Translations under genes and position numbers: made by a program
Part shown: positions 34,582 through 44,125 of the stretch, in pieces
Numbering within the stretch: position 1 is the first letter of the stretch
How the letters are laid out: every line of letters begins with the position of its first letter
Source: Verrucomicrobiota bacterium
Lineage (GTDB): Bacteria; Verrucomicrobiota; Verrucomicrobiia; Opitutales; Coraliomargaritaceae
Assembly: GCA_039815375.1 (NCBI GenBank)
Contig: JBCBZJ010000001.1
Span: forward strand, 32,001 to 96,000
Direction: 5' to 3'
Length of the DNA: 64,000 nucleotides
Notes under the pieces: model-generated
Databases searched by the model: none
Seen by the model: the letters and a program-made list of their open reading frames with translations, nothing else
What the model was told of the DNA's origin: nothing

Positions 34582-35360
34582 TGAAGCCAGGACTCTCAGG
34601 GGATTCAGACAGAGGTGGACGAGCCAAGCTTTTTTCGCCTGTTTTAAGGTGGGCACTTCTACTTGGGGTCTTGGTTCATCTTGCGGGCTTCTGGTTGTTT
34701 CGGGTTGTCTCTAATTCCCTGCCTGAACGGTTAGACCAGCCACCGTTTCTTAGCTTTCTCGATGATCAGTCTCTTATTGATGACGTGGGGCTGGAAGAGC
34801 AAGCGATGCTCTTTGATACGGCACCTCTATTTATACCGGGATACTGGAGTGCGGCTTCGGCAGCCTTACCTCAGCAACTGAATCCGGCTTCTAACGTCTT
34901 TTCTGATTTTGAACCGGAGATTGATCTGCTCGCAGAGTTACAACCGCCCCGTATCTTTTTGTCTGGTGACTTTGAGGTTGAAGAACCAGAGGATCTTTTG
35001 GATCTGCGCTTTTGGCGTCTGTTCCAGCACTTCGGCCAAAGAGATACGATTGCGCCCGCCTTCGAAAATTGGGAAGCATTTGCAGAAGTAGAAGTAATCG
35101 ATAGTTCCGGTGCAAATACAGGTGATGAAGTCAGGACTTATTCAGTCGATTTTGAGCCATCTGTGACAGTTTCAGTTGCCGAACGGCCTGTTATTTTTCA
35201 TCTTGGAGTTTCTATGCCTGGTCTGCCGATCGGCAGACCGGTGATGAAGCAATCCTCTGGAGTCAATGAAGTCGATGTAGCAGCTGAACGATGGCTCCTG
35301 CGTCCGGATGTTCTGGGCAGCATGCCAGCTGGATATTTGGAGGTTCGCTGTTATCTTTAG
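34581..35360 (+). CDS. Divergent TonB/TolA-like energy transducer
   Basis: Single TM containing His (GVLVHLAG); C-terminal VMKQSSG...DVAAERWL resembles TonB_C; overlaps the exbD stop. Confidence 0.6.
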   Translation: MKPGLSGDSDRGGRAKLFSPVLRWALLLGVLVHLAGFWLFRVVSNSLPERLDQPPFLSFLDDQSLIDDVGLEEQAMLFDTAPLFIPGYWSAASAALPQQLNPASNVFSDFEPEIDLLAELQPPRIFLSGDFEVEEPEDLLDLRFWRLFQHFGQRDTIAPAFENWEAFAEVEVIDSSGANTGDEVRTYSVDFEPSVTVSVAERPVIFHLGVSMPGLPIGRPVMKQSSGVNEVDVAAERWLLRPDVLGSMPAGYLEVRCYL

Positions 35361-35407
35361 CGATTCTCTGTTGCGGGTTGTTGCATGTCGCGGCTATTTT
35401 TTAATCT

Positions 35408-35887
35408 ATGAAAAAGTCGGACCAAGAGGGCATTTTAGATAAGCTTGAAGCGCTTACCCAGTCTTGGCCTGGTCGCCCGTCGTGGGACACTTACTTTATG
35501 GCCACGGCTATGCTCATGGCCACCCGTTCAAGCTGCGAGCGACTGCATGTTGGTTGTGTGATCGTATCAGGTGGCGATCAGAAGAATCGGATCGTTGCTG
35601 CAGGCTACAATGGTTTTCTGCCGGGAGCGCCACACACATCAAGAGTTCGAGATGGTCATGAACAAGCGACAGTTCATGCCGAGCAAAATGCTATTAGCGA
35701 TGCAGCCCGGCGTGGTGTATCACTGGATGGGGCTACAGTCTATATCACGCACTTCCCTTGTATCAATTGTGCTAAGATTATGGCTGCGGCCGGTATTCGT
35801 GCGATCAAGTATCACCGGGATTACCGTAACGATGAGATCGCTCAGGAGTTGCTCCGTGAGAGTGGAGTCTCAATCGAGCAACTTTAG
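35408..35887 (+). CDS. dCMP deaminase (ComEB-like)
   Basis: RPSWDTYFM, GYNG, HAEQNA, PCINC zinc motifs. Confidence 0.92.
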   Translation: MKKSDQEGILDKLEALTQSWPGRPSWDTYFMATAMLMATRSSCERLHVGCVIVSGGDQKNRIVAAGYNGFLPGAPHTSRVRDGHEQATVHAEQNAISDAARRGVSLDGATVYITHFPCINCAKIMAAAGIRAIKYHRDYRNDEIAQELLRESGVSIEQL

Positions 35888-35892
35888 GATCG

Positions 35893-36468
35893 ATGCGCCT
35901 CAACGAACAAGGTCACTTTTTCGATGAATCTATGCCTGGAGCAGGAACCATTCTGGTGGCACACCCTTCGATGCATGATCCTAACTTCGCCCGAACTGTA
36001 GTTTTTCTAACAGTTCATAATCCAGCGCAGGGTTCCTTGGGTGTTGTGGTGAATCGTGCACTTGAAAAAACTCTTGGCGAATATGATCCGGAGTTGACCG
36101 ACTCACCATTGGCAGATGTCCCCTTGTATGAAGGAGGCCCTGTCGCATCGGATAAACTCATCCTCGCTGCTTGGAAGTGGATTGAAGATGAAAGCACCTT
36201 CAGACTTTACTTCGGAATCGATGGTGAAAAAGCTGAGAAAATACTTAAAGAGGACCCTGAGTTTGAAATTCGTGGATTTATGGGACATGCCGGTTGGAGT
36301 GAAGGCCAGTTGGATGCGGAGTTGGATCAGGGTGCATGGGTCATGTCCGGGTGGCTTCCCGAGCTACAAAAAAAGCATGGCGAAGCGGTCTGGCGGAGTA
36401 TTCTGTGTCATGAAAATCCGGCCATGAGGGTGCTTACGGATGTTCCCGAAGACCCTTCAGTGAACTGA
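35893..36468 (+). CDS. YqgE/AlgH family protein
   Basis: [30 protein letters not shown]. Confidence 0.9.
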   Translation: MRLNEQGHFFDESMPGAGTILVAHPSMHDPNFARTVVFLTVHNPAQGSLGVVVNRALEKTLGEYDPELTDSPLADVPLYEGGPVASDKLILAAWKWIEDESTFRLYFGIDGEKAEKILKEDPEFEIRGFMGHAGWSEGQLDAELDQGAWVMSGWLPELQKKHGEAVWRSILCHENPAMRVLTDVPEDPSVN

Positions 36469-36526
36469 ATTTTGTGCTGGAAAAGCTGAGGATTATTTCC
36501 TCCTTTGCCATTGACAGGGTAGAGCA

Positions 36527-36557
<31 letters not shown>

Positions 36558-36563
36558 CCCGTC

Positions 36564-36689
36564 ATGAAAGTAGTATCTTCACTTAAATCTCTCAAAGACC
36601 GCCACCCAGACTGTCAGGTTGTCCGCCGGAAGGGTCGTGTCTACGTAATTTGTAAGTCCAACCCGCGCTTCAAGGCACGTCAGGGCTAA
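36564..36689 (+). CDS. rpmJ: 50S ribosomal protein L36 (type B)
   Basis: [41 protein letters not shown]. Confidence 0.96.
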   Translation: MKVVSSLKSLKDRHPDCQVVRRKGRVYVICKSNPRFKARQG

Positions 36690-36708
36690 TATTTATAAGG
36701 AATAACAC

Positions 36709-36954
36709 GTGAAAGCTGAAATCCATCCCAAGCTAAATCCAGTGGCCTTTGTGGACGTGTCCACAGGCCATAAGTTCCTTACCCGCTCCACAATGCGCGG
36801 AAGCAAAACTGAGACAATTGATGGCGTAGAGCATCAAGTCGTCATATGCGATATCACAGCTGATTCGCATCCTGCGTATACTGGTGAAAAACGCTTTGTC
36901 GATACAGCTGGTCGAGTCGAGAAGTTCCAGTCGAAGTTTCGCCGCCGCCGCTAG
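36709..36954 (+). CDS. rpmE2: 50S ribosomal protein L31 type B
   Basis: MKAEIHP...FVDVSTG...SHPAYTG...AGRVEKF. Confidence 0.95.
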   Translation: MKAEIHPKLNPVAFVDVSTGHKFLTRSTMRGSKTETIDGVEHQVVICDITADSHPAYTGEKRFVDTAGRVEKFQSKFRRRR

Positions 36955-36976
36955 TATTGCAGCAGTTTCTATTTTT

Positions 36977-37005
36977 AAAGCCCACTCTGAAGAGTGGGCT
37001 TTTTT
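36977..37005. terminator. Rho-independent terminator between rpmE2 and comEC
   Basis: AAAGCCCACTCT-GA-AGAGTGGGCTTTTTT. Confidence 0.85.
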
Positions 37006-37016
37006 GTTCTTTGGAC

Positions 37017-38663
37017 CTAAAGGAATGACATTCCGCACAAGAGCGACGCTAGCACAATGGCTCCCGGCAGCAGGAAGCGAAGCATGGGTCGAGTCTTCGT
37101 CTTTATTGTGGTAAGAAAAATGAGGCTGAAATAGGACAGGACACTCATATAACTGATGAGCTTTGGAAAACCCGAGCACTCGATAATCGCACCGGGGATG
37201 CCGAGGTTTAGTTGAATCAGTCCATCCATCATACTAATGCCCAACCATGCGGCATGATTGAGAAACGCAGTCATCCCGTGCCACCCGATTGTTGCTAAGG
37301 AAAGTGATATGACACCTGTGCTGATGACGAGAGCCGCCAGATTCACCAACAGCATATTTACGAATATCGCATATGGCGCAATATAGCCGAAAAATCCCGC
37401 ACTCAGCGGAGCACTTGCCAACCATGCCGAGAGGCTGATGGCCAAGAGCATCACTGCTCTATCGCCGAGCCAGGAGGTTGCTTTTTGGAATGGGGTCCAA
37501 TCCGATTCCGGCAGATACTTGTAGGGTCGGATTCTTTGCCATAGAGAGGCATACAAGGGTAGCCCAAAAAGTAGAATACTCAGCACAACAAGGTAGGAGA
37601 GCTGAAATCCCATTTGCCAGAGTTGACCCGGCTGGATGACTAAAACGAATATCGCTGACGCAGCTAGTGCTGCGAGAGGCGACCGTTGCCGCCGAAGCCC
37701 GAGCCCGAGCCAGAAGAAAGTTACCATCAAGAAGGCACGAACGGCCGATGGCGCAGCGCCTGTGATCTCAACATAGAAGTAGAGTAGGGGAAGCCCAATG
37801 AATGGGCGGACGCTGGTCGGCAATCGGATCATGAGCAAGGTCTGTGCGATTACTGCTGCGACGACGCCGATGTGCAGCCCGCTAATTGCGAAAAGATGCA
37901 TTGTGCCCGTCATGCGAAAGCGGTCCTCCTGCTCGCTCGTTAATTCTGTCTTCAAGCCAAGTATCATGGCAATATAGATTCGGCTTAGGTCGCGTTCACC
38001 GGGCTCTCCGAGCCGAAGGTAATCCTGAAATCTCTGATTTACACTTCTACACAGATTGAAAAAAATCGGGGTCTCTTTGAGTGCTTCTGTTGCACTGGTC
38101 CGTTCGAAGCGGTGATTGACGCCGATACTTTGAAGATATCTCCCGAAAGACTCTCCGCCTTCATCTACTTTTACAGGCGAGAGCACTCCTTTGGTTCTGA
38201 TTTGCATTCCGCGCCCGATGTTAAGGGCAGAGGTGTCTTCTTTCGATAATCGGAAGTAGACACGATTACGCTTCGATAGACGACTTGTCGAAGATGCTTC
38301 TAAAACATGAGCGATGCCAGTGGCTTTACCGAAGCTGTTCTCTGCCTGCATGACACGCTCGATTTCAAGGACGAGCTCGGCTTCTCTGGGCGGCAATTCA
38401 CAATCCCGATCTATTTTGAAAGGAAGTCGAATGCTGCCGTAGGTCCAGAAACCAAGAGCTGTTGCGAAGATAAAAGTGGCAAGCCAAAGTTTTTGCCGAT
38501 CAATAATTGCAGACAAAAGCGACAAAGCCCCAAATACGATTGCAAGCAGAAGCCCGATTGACGCCGCTATTGTAACGTATCTGGATAGGATTAGCCCTGC
38601 TATGATTCCGATAAGTGCCACCAGTGCGGGTGCGCGTTGTGGAATCTGATTGGTGGTATCCAT
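37017..38663 (-). CDS. comEC: ComEC/Rec2 competence protein (no C-terminal MBL domain)
   Basis: TGTMHLFAISGLH, PSAVRAFLM, GFQLSY. Confidence 0.92.
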   Translation of the reverse strand: MDTTNQIPQRAPALVALIGIIAGLILSRYVTIAASIGLLLAIVFGALSLLSAIIDRQKLWLATFIFATALGFWTYGSIRLPFKIDRDCELPPREAELVLEIERVMQAENSFGKATGIAHVLEASSTSRLSKRNRVYFRLSKEDTSALNIGRGMQIRTKGVLSPVKVDEGGESFGRYLQSIGVNHRFERTSATEALKETPIFFNLCRSVNQRFQDYLRLGEPGERDLSRIYIAMILGLKTELTSEQEDRFRMTGTMHLFAISGLHIGVVAAVIAQTLLMIRLPTSVRPFIGLPLLYFYVEITGAAPSAVRAFLMVTFFWLGLGLRRQRSPLAALAASAIFVLVIQPGQLWQMGFQLSYLVVLSILLFGLPLYASLWQRIRPYKYLPESDWTPFQKATSWLGDRAVMLLAISLSAWLASAPLSAGFFGYIAPYAIFVNMLLVNLAALVISTGVISLSLATIGWHGMTAFLNHAAWLGISMMDGLIQLNLGIPGAIIECSGFPKLISYMSVLSYFSLIFLTTIKTKTRPMLRFLLPGAIVLASLLCGMSFL

Positions 38664-38742
38664 TTTTTTAATCGTTAGCTGGTAGGATTAGGAAAGCCGC
38701 TTCAAACTTGCAAGGTCGCATGCCTGCCCCGAATCTTAAGGT

Positions 38743-40086
38743 ATGTCGGCAGATCATGAGCAGGCTGATATTTTTCAAACCGCCGAGTTGGACGACGCTG
38801 CCAAAGCGGTCCGGCCACTTGCGGTCCGGATGCGTCCTCGCCACCTTAATGAAGTCATCGGGCAAGACCATATTGTTGGTGAAGGCTGCTTGCTGCCTCG
38901 TCTTATCCAGGCCGATAACTTTGGAAGCCTGATTTTCTATGGCCCGCCGGGTTGCGGAAAGACATCGCTTGCAGAAGTCATTGCCTCTGAGACAAAGAGT
39001 AAATTTGTGCGCATCAATGCGGTTCTATCGAACGTGGCAGAGCTTCGAGACATCCTGCGCTTAGCGAGATACGAAACCGAGAAGCGCACGATTCTATTTA
39101 TTGATGAGATTCACCGATTTAATAAGTCGCAGCAGGACCTCCTTTTGCCTGATGTGGAGGATGGAAACATACGTCTTATTGGGGCTACTACTCATAATCC
39201 AGGCTTCTATGTAAATGCGCCACTTCTTAGCCGCAGCCATTTGTTTCGTCTCGAACCTGTCGATGTCGAAGCTGTGATGTCTGTTCTCGAAAAAGCGCTT
39301 TCCGAACCGGATCGGGGTCTTGGTAACCAGCGTTGCACCGCAGAGGCAAAGGTTTACCGAGCGGTGGCCGAGTTTTCAGGAGGCGATTTGCGCCGTGCCT
39401 TAAATGCCCTCGAAACTCTTGTTATGAGTCAGCCTTTAGGGGCGCATATCGATGGCGAAGCAGTCCAAGTGTATGCCCGGGAAAGACAGATCCGCTATGA
39501 CCGTAATGAGGATGAACACTACGATCATGCATCAGCGATGATTAAGAGCATCCGTGGCTCCGACCCCGACGCAGCGATCTATTGGACTTTTAAAATGCTC
39601 CAGGGTGGCGAGGATCCACGCTTTCTTGCGCGCCGCTTGGTTATTCTTGCTTCGGAAGATATAGGCCTGGCAAATTCCCATGCTTTGACCGTCGCGGTTG
39701 CCGCTTTTGAGGCCTGCGAGAAAATTGGCCTGCCGGAGTGTGAATACAGTTTAGCACACGCCGTTCTCTATTTGGCAACTTCGCCGAAAAGTAACTCGAC
39801 AACCCGCGCCATGGCTGCGGTAAAAAAGACCCTCCGCGAAAGGCCTGTTCAGTCTGTTCCACTTTGGTTGCGTGACGCCCATACCAAAACGAACAAATCG
39901 CTTGGGCATGGGAAAGGCTATCTTTACAGCCACGACTTTCCTCATGCGATTTCAGGCCAGGAATATATGCTGAATCCGGAGCGGTTTTACGAGCCGGGGC
40001 AGGCTGGTGCTGAAGCTGTAACTGCTGAGCGATTGCAAAAAATCCGCGAGATTAAGGCGCGCATTCAGAAAGAATCACAGGATTGA
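38743..40086 (+). CDS. rarA: Replication-associated recombination protein A
   Basis: PLAVRMRP, GPPGCGKT, FIDEIHRFNKSQQD, KSIRGSDPDAA. Confidence 0.96.
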   Translation: MSADHEQADIFQTAELDDAAKAVRPLAVRMRPRHLNEVIGQDHIVGEGCLLPRLIQADNFGSLIFYGPPGCGKTSLAEVIASETKSKFVRINAVLSNVAELRDILRLARYETEKRTILFIDEIHRFNKSQQDLLLPDVEDGNIRLIGATTHNPGFYVNAPLLSRSHLFRLEPVDVEAVMSVLEKALSEPDRGLGNQRCTAEAKVYRAVAEFSGGDLRRALNALETLVMSQPLGAHIDGEAVQVYARERQIRYDRNEDEHYDHASAMIKSIRGSDPDAAIYWTFKMLQGGEDPRFLARRLVILASEDIGLANSHALTVAVAAFEACEKIGLPECEYSLAHAVLYLATSPKSNSTTRAMAAVKKTLRERPVQSVPLWLRDAHTKTNKSLGHGKGYLYSHDFPHAISGQEYMLNPERFYEPGQAGAEAVTAERLQKIREIKARIQKESQD

Positions 40087-40117
40087 ACTCTTTTCCACGT
40101 CAACTAGTCTACTCTGC

Positions 40118-40576
40118 ATGAGGAAATGGATTTACGCCTGTTGCCTGACTGCGACATCGTTTTTGCTGGCGCAGGATGAGGAAACTCAACTTGAGCCGAC
40201 AGAGCCCCCCTATGAGGTCGGTGCTCTGCCAATTGAGGGTGGTTATCTCATTGAGCGCGAAGACGCACCAAATTTGAGTTTTCGTATTATTGAAAACAAT
40301 ATACGCCTATACTGGCTTGATGACGAGGGGCTGATTATTGAGCCCGAACTAGACCGTGCGACCGTTCGTTTCAGGCGCGATGCACGTGGGCGTGACTACT
40401 TTTTGCTCAGTCGACTTGAAGATGATACCGCGCTAGGTTCGCCCTACCCAGTGTTTAAGCCACATCTTCACCATGTGTTTCTCGTGCTTATCTCTAATGA
40501 AGATGAGGACCCGGAGAGGCACCACTTCCGTTTCACACCCTCAATGAGTGCTGTAGCTGATTCAGGTGAAGAGTAG
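40118..40576 (+). CDS. Hypothetical exported protein
   Basis: Signal-peptide-like N-terminus and an acidic beta-rich domain. Confidence 0.65.
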   Translation: MRKWIYACCLTATSFLLAQDEETQLEPTEPPYEVGALPIEGGYLIEREDAPNLSFRIIENNIRLYWLDDEGLIIEPELDRATVRFRRDARGRDYFLLSRLEDDTALGSPYPVFKPHLHHVFLVLISNEDEDPERHHFRFTPSMSAVADSGEE

Positions 40577-40596
40577 TCGGAAACCAGAGTAAACCG

Positions 40597-41043
40597 ATGA
40601 ACTATAAACGTCTTTTCAAGACTTGGATCCTGCTGGCAGTTGGTGTGACTATCGCAGCTCATACCGCTAAGGGCATACACTACGACAGCATGGGTGCTCT
40701 GGTCGTTGCCGTCTTGCTCCTGAGTTTGTGCAACATGGTTATCAAACCTGCCCTGATGCTTTTCTCGCTCCCTTTCATCATTTTGACATTTGGTATCGGA
40801 ATATGGCTGATTAACGCATTGCTGTTCCTACTTGTAGGCCAAATTGTTGTCGGCTTTCATGTCGCTACTTTTTGGAACGCGCTTTGGGGTGCTCTGGTTG
40901 TCAGTCTGACCGGTGTTGTTGCGAATTTGCTCTTTGGTGGTAGCCGAGTAAGAGTTCAGGTGAACACTGGAACTCAGGCTAATTCCAATCCCGCCTCTAA
41001 GCGGCACACACCACTCAGAGATGACGATGTAATCGATATCTAG
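40597..41043 (+). CDS. 4-TM phage holin family 4 / YvlD-like membrane protein
   Basis: NMVIKPAL..FSLP..ILTFG...INALL; GFHV..FWNALWGALVVS. Confidence 0.85.
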   Translation: MNYKRLFKTWILLAVGVTIAAHTAKGIHYDSMGALVVAVLLLSLCNMVIKPALMLFSLPFIILTFGIGIWLINALLFLLVGQIVVGFHVATFWNALWGALVVSLTGVVANLLFGGSRVRVQVNTGTQANSNPASKRHTPLRDDDVIDI

Positions 41044-41116
41044 CACGCTGAGCGAATTGCATTCGCTGCTTTACCTTCACTGACTTTCCTCTTTTCTCAC
41101 GTTTTCTCATTTTATC

Positions 41117-42514
41117 ATGTCTTCTACTACGAAATACGATCTCGTTGTTATCGGCGGTGGCCCTGCGGGCTACGCAGCCGCAATCCGTGCGGGCCAGCTG
41201 GGTAAGAAAGTGGCCTGTGTTGAGCAAGAGCGCCCCGGGGGCACTTGCTTGAACTGGGGTTGCATTCCTTCGAAGGCTCTACTGAAGAGTGCAGAGCTCT
41301 ATAACAAACTACAGCATAGCGAAGATCTTGGAATTTCGGTCAAAGGGCTCGATTACGATTTTTCAAAGATCATCGGGCGCTCACGGGAAGTGGCCGGCAC
41401 TATGGCCAAGGGAGTCGGCTTTCTCTTTAAGAAGAACAAGGTTGATCATGTTGTTGGCACAGGAATGATTTCCGTTCCAGGCATGGTCGAGGTCACGGAT
41501 GGGCCCGATAAGGGCAAAATTCTGTCAGCCGACAGGATTCTGATAGCAACCGGCTGCAAACCTCGTCGCCTGCCAGACCTCGAAGTTGACGGCGAACGTG
41601 TGATGACTTCACGCCAGGCGCTGGAGATGAAGAAGCAGCCTGATTCCGTTGTGATTGTCGGTGCAGGTGCGATCGGTGCGGAGTTTGCCTATTTTCTCAA
41701 TGCCTTTGGCACTAAGGTCACACTTGTCGAAATGCTTGATCAAGTTCTTCCTGTTGAAGACCATGAGACAGCTGCCGTTGTCCAGCGCGCTTTTAAGCAA
41801 AACGGCATCGACTGTCGCACTTCGACAGCAGTGGAGAATATCGAGGTCGATGCCAAGTCTGTGAAGATGGACCTTGTCAAAGGTGATACGAAGGAGCCGA
41901 TCACTGCAGATTCGATACTTCTGGCTATTGGTGTTGTCGCCAACACGGACGGCCTTCTTTCCTCGCGTGTGAAGCTCAACCTGGACCGAGGCTACGTAAA
42001 GGTAAACGACAACTATGAGTCTTCCGTCAAGGGTATCTACGCTGCGGGTGACATTATCGGCCCACCTTGGCTAGCCCATGTGGCAACCTACGAGGCGATC
42101 CAGGCAGTGAACGGTATGTTCGGCCATGGTACGCCGGAACGGGTTACTGACTTCCCAGGTTGCACATACTGCCTCCCGCAGGTTGCTTCGATTGGTAAGA
42201 CTGAAAAAAAGCTCAAGGAAGAGGGTATCGATTACAAGGTCGGCAAGTTTCCGTTTCAGGCATCAGGTAAAGCAGTTGCCTCCAATCAACCGGAAGGTTT
42301 CGTCAAGCTTCTCGTAGATTCGAAGTATGGTGAGATCCTTGGTGCGCATATCGTGGGATCAGACGCCACGGAAATGATCGCTGAGTATGGTCTGGGCATG
42401 AAGCTAGAAGCCACCGCCGAGGAAATCCATAATACGATCCACGCGCACCCTACGCTTAGTGAAGCGATGATGGAAGCAGCCGCTGCGGTTTTTGGCGAAG
42501 CGATTCATATCTAG
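41117..42514 (+). CDS. lpdA: Dihydrolipoyl dehydrogenase
   Basis: GGGPAGY, GGTCLNWGCIPSK, HAHPTLSE. Confidence 0.97.
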   Translation: MSSTTKYDLVVIGGGPAGYAAAIRAGQLGKKVACVEQERPGGTCLNWGCIPSKALLKSAELYNKLQHSEDLGISVKGLDYDFSKIIGRSREVAGTMAKGVGFLFKKNKVDHVVGTGMISVPGMVEVTDGPDKGKILSADRILIATGCKPRRLPDLEVDGERVMTSRQALEMKKQPDSVVIVGAGAIGAEFAYFLNAFGTKVTLVEMLDQVLPVEDHETAAVVQRAFKQNGIDCRTSTAVENIEVDAKSVKMDLVKGDTKEPITADSILLAIGVVANTDGLLSSRVKLNLDRGYVKVNDNYESSVKGIYAAGDIIGPPWLAHVATYEAIQAVNGMFGHGTPERVTDFPGCTYCLPQVASIGKTEKKLKEEGIDYKVGKFPFQASGKAVASNQPEGFVKLLVDSKYGEILGAHIVGSDATEMIAEYGLGMKLEATAEEIHNTIHAHPTLSEAMMEAAAAVFGEAIHI

Positions 42515-42558
42515 GTTCAGCAATTGAGTTGGCCCCCAATAGGGTTTGCAAATTCATA

Positions 42559-42667
42559 AGGCGACCAGAGCACATGGCTGATTGCCAGCAGGCGGTCTCC
42601 ATATTTATACGCTCTCTCGGCCTTCAGTCGCCGAGCACCTCGATCATCCTATCGCATAATCAGAGTT
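42559..42667. repeat. Truncated, diverged copy of the right arm of the 10589-10869 element
   Basis: Shares AGGCGACCA, CACATGGCTG, TTTATACGCTC, TCGGCCTTCAGT, GCCGAGCACCT and CATCCTATnGCATA in the same order as 10761-10871. Confidence 0.85.
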
Positions 42668-42759
42668 GAGAATAACGGTATCTGTAACGCAGCGGTTGCA
42701 GTCGCACCTCCTTGGGTCACATCACGCTACAATCATGCAGCGTGGTGAGTTTCGTTTAG

Positions 42760-43494
42760 CTATTCGACTGGCTCGGCTTCAACAACACCTTGTGCGAACG
42801 GTGAGTAGGCCTTTTCGAAATTCTTTGCCATTGTATCTGGAAAGAGGTGAAATGCACCGTCCTTTAGTGATTCAACAATAGCCTCGCTGACCATATTGAC
42901 TGGGTCGCCTTCGAAGCCGATATCTACAGCCATATCTGTAGCGATAGGTCCGGGGTGGACACTCAAGAGCGCAGTGCCTTGCTCGGCCAGGCTGGCTTTC
43001 ATTCCTTGGGTGAAAGAGTAGGCTGCTGCCTTGCTCGCACAGTAGGTTGAGAAATCGGGGAAGCTCGCCAAAGAAGCTATGGAGTTGAGCTGAACGAAGG
43101 CACCCCCTCCATTCTCTTTCAAAACAGGTGAAAATGCTTTTGCCATACGAAGCAGTCCGTAAACATTGACTTCAAGTTCCTTCTCGAAGGTCTCGATTAC
43201 GTCATCTGAAAGCGCGGTAGCCTGTAGCAGAATACCTGCATTCGAGACGACCACTTGGACATCGCTTGCGTTATCGGCTGCAGCTAGGATAGAAGCTGGG
43301 TCATTATAGTCGAGAGCGATCGGGACTACTTTATCGCCGAATTCCGAGACCAACCCGTCAGCCTTTTCCAAAGACCGCACTCCCGCATAAACCTTGGCGG
43401 CACCATGTTGGATGAAAGACTCGACGATTGCTTTGCCGATTCCCCTGTTTGCACCTGAAATCAGGGCGACTTTGTTTGCAATATCATAGCTCAT
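42760..43494 (-). CDS. Classical SDR oxidoreductase
   Basis: SGANRGIG, SNAG, YCASK. Confidence 0.92.
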   Translation of the reverse strand: MSYDIANKVALISGANRGIGKAIVESFIQHGAAKVYAGVRSLEKADGLVSEFGDKVVPIALDYNDPASILAAADNASDVQVVVSNAGILLQATALSDDVIETFEKELEVNVYGLLRMAKAFSPVLKENGGGAFVQLNSIASLASFPDFSTYCASKAAAYSFTQGMKASLAEQGTALLSVHPGPIATDMAVDIGFEGDPVNMVSEAIVESLKDGAFHLFPDTMAKNFEKAYSPFAQGVVEAEPVE

Positions 43495-43553
43495 ACGAGT
43501 TATGTTTGCAAAGAATTCAGAGGCGTCAACTCGGCGCGCTGCCTCTGCTTGAA

Positions 43554-44111
43554 TTACCAGGCGCTCAGGACCTCGTCTGCGATTTTGCGGCCAATGTCAC
43601 GGGCGATTCTGGGCATCGCCTGATACTCCGACTGAGTCAGACTGCCTGTCTCAGTAATGCCACCGGGAGGCGCATACGGTTCGCCGACGTAAGCAGTGCT
43701 CCGGTCGCTGATTCGCCGATCTTTGATCAGATATTCACCGCTTCTTTGGTCGTAAAGCGAAATTTTTGTATCAAGGACAATGTCATAGTCCAGAGCAGTT
43801 TCCGTATCGTCCCGGTCGCGTGTGCCTATCTGGCGTTTGTAACTGACAATCGTCACGTAGAGAACCACATCGGCACTATCTTCCTTGGAAATAAGCTTTA
43901 TCCGACTATCGCGGAGTATTCGCTCGCGCACTGCTGAGCTAATGAGCGCTTGTGATTGAGGTGCGAAGCCGTCGTTTGCAGTAGGCTTTACGAAGATCGT
44001 TTCAAAAGGAAGATCTGTGGGATGGCCAAGCTGATAGTTCTTACAACCAGTCAGAACGGAAATGCTAAGAGCAGCTCCGAGAATGGCGATGAAATGAAAA
44101 ATTCTCAGCAT
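43554..44111 (-). CDS. lptE: LPS assembly lipoprotein LptE-like
   Basis: Lipobox VLTGC, YQLG, C-terminal helix ending in W; downstream of bamD. Confidence 0.78.
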   Translation of the reverse strand: MLRIFHFIAILGAALSISVLTGCKNYQLGHPTDLPFETIFVKPTANDGFAPQSQALISSAVRERILRDSRIKLISKEDSADVVLYVTIVSYKRQIGTRDRDDTETALDYDIVLDTKISLYDQRSGEYLIKDRRISDRSTAYVGEPYAPPGGITETGSLTQSEYQAMPRIARDIGRKIADEVLSAW

Positions 44112-44125
44112 GGAATGCTATGTTT

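Noticed and set aside
40597..41043. Holin-family gene as evidence for a prophage
   Set aside because: YvlD-like proteins are common chromosomal genes, and no phage genes are nearby.
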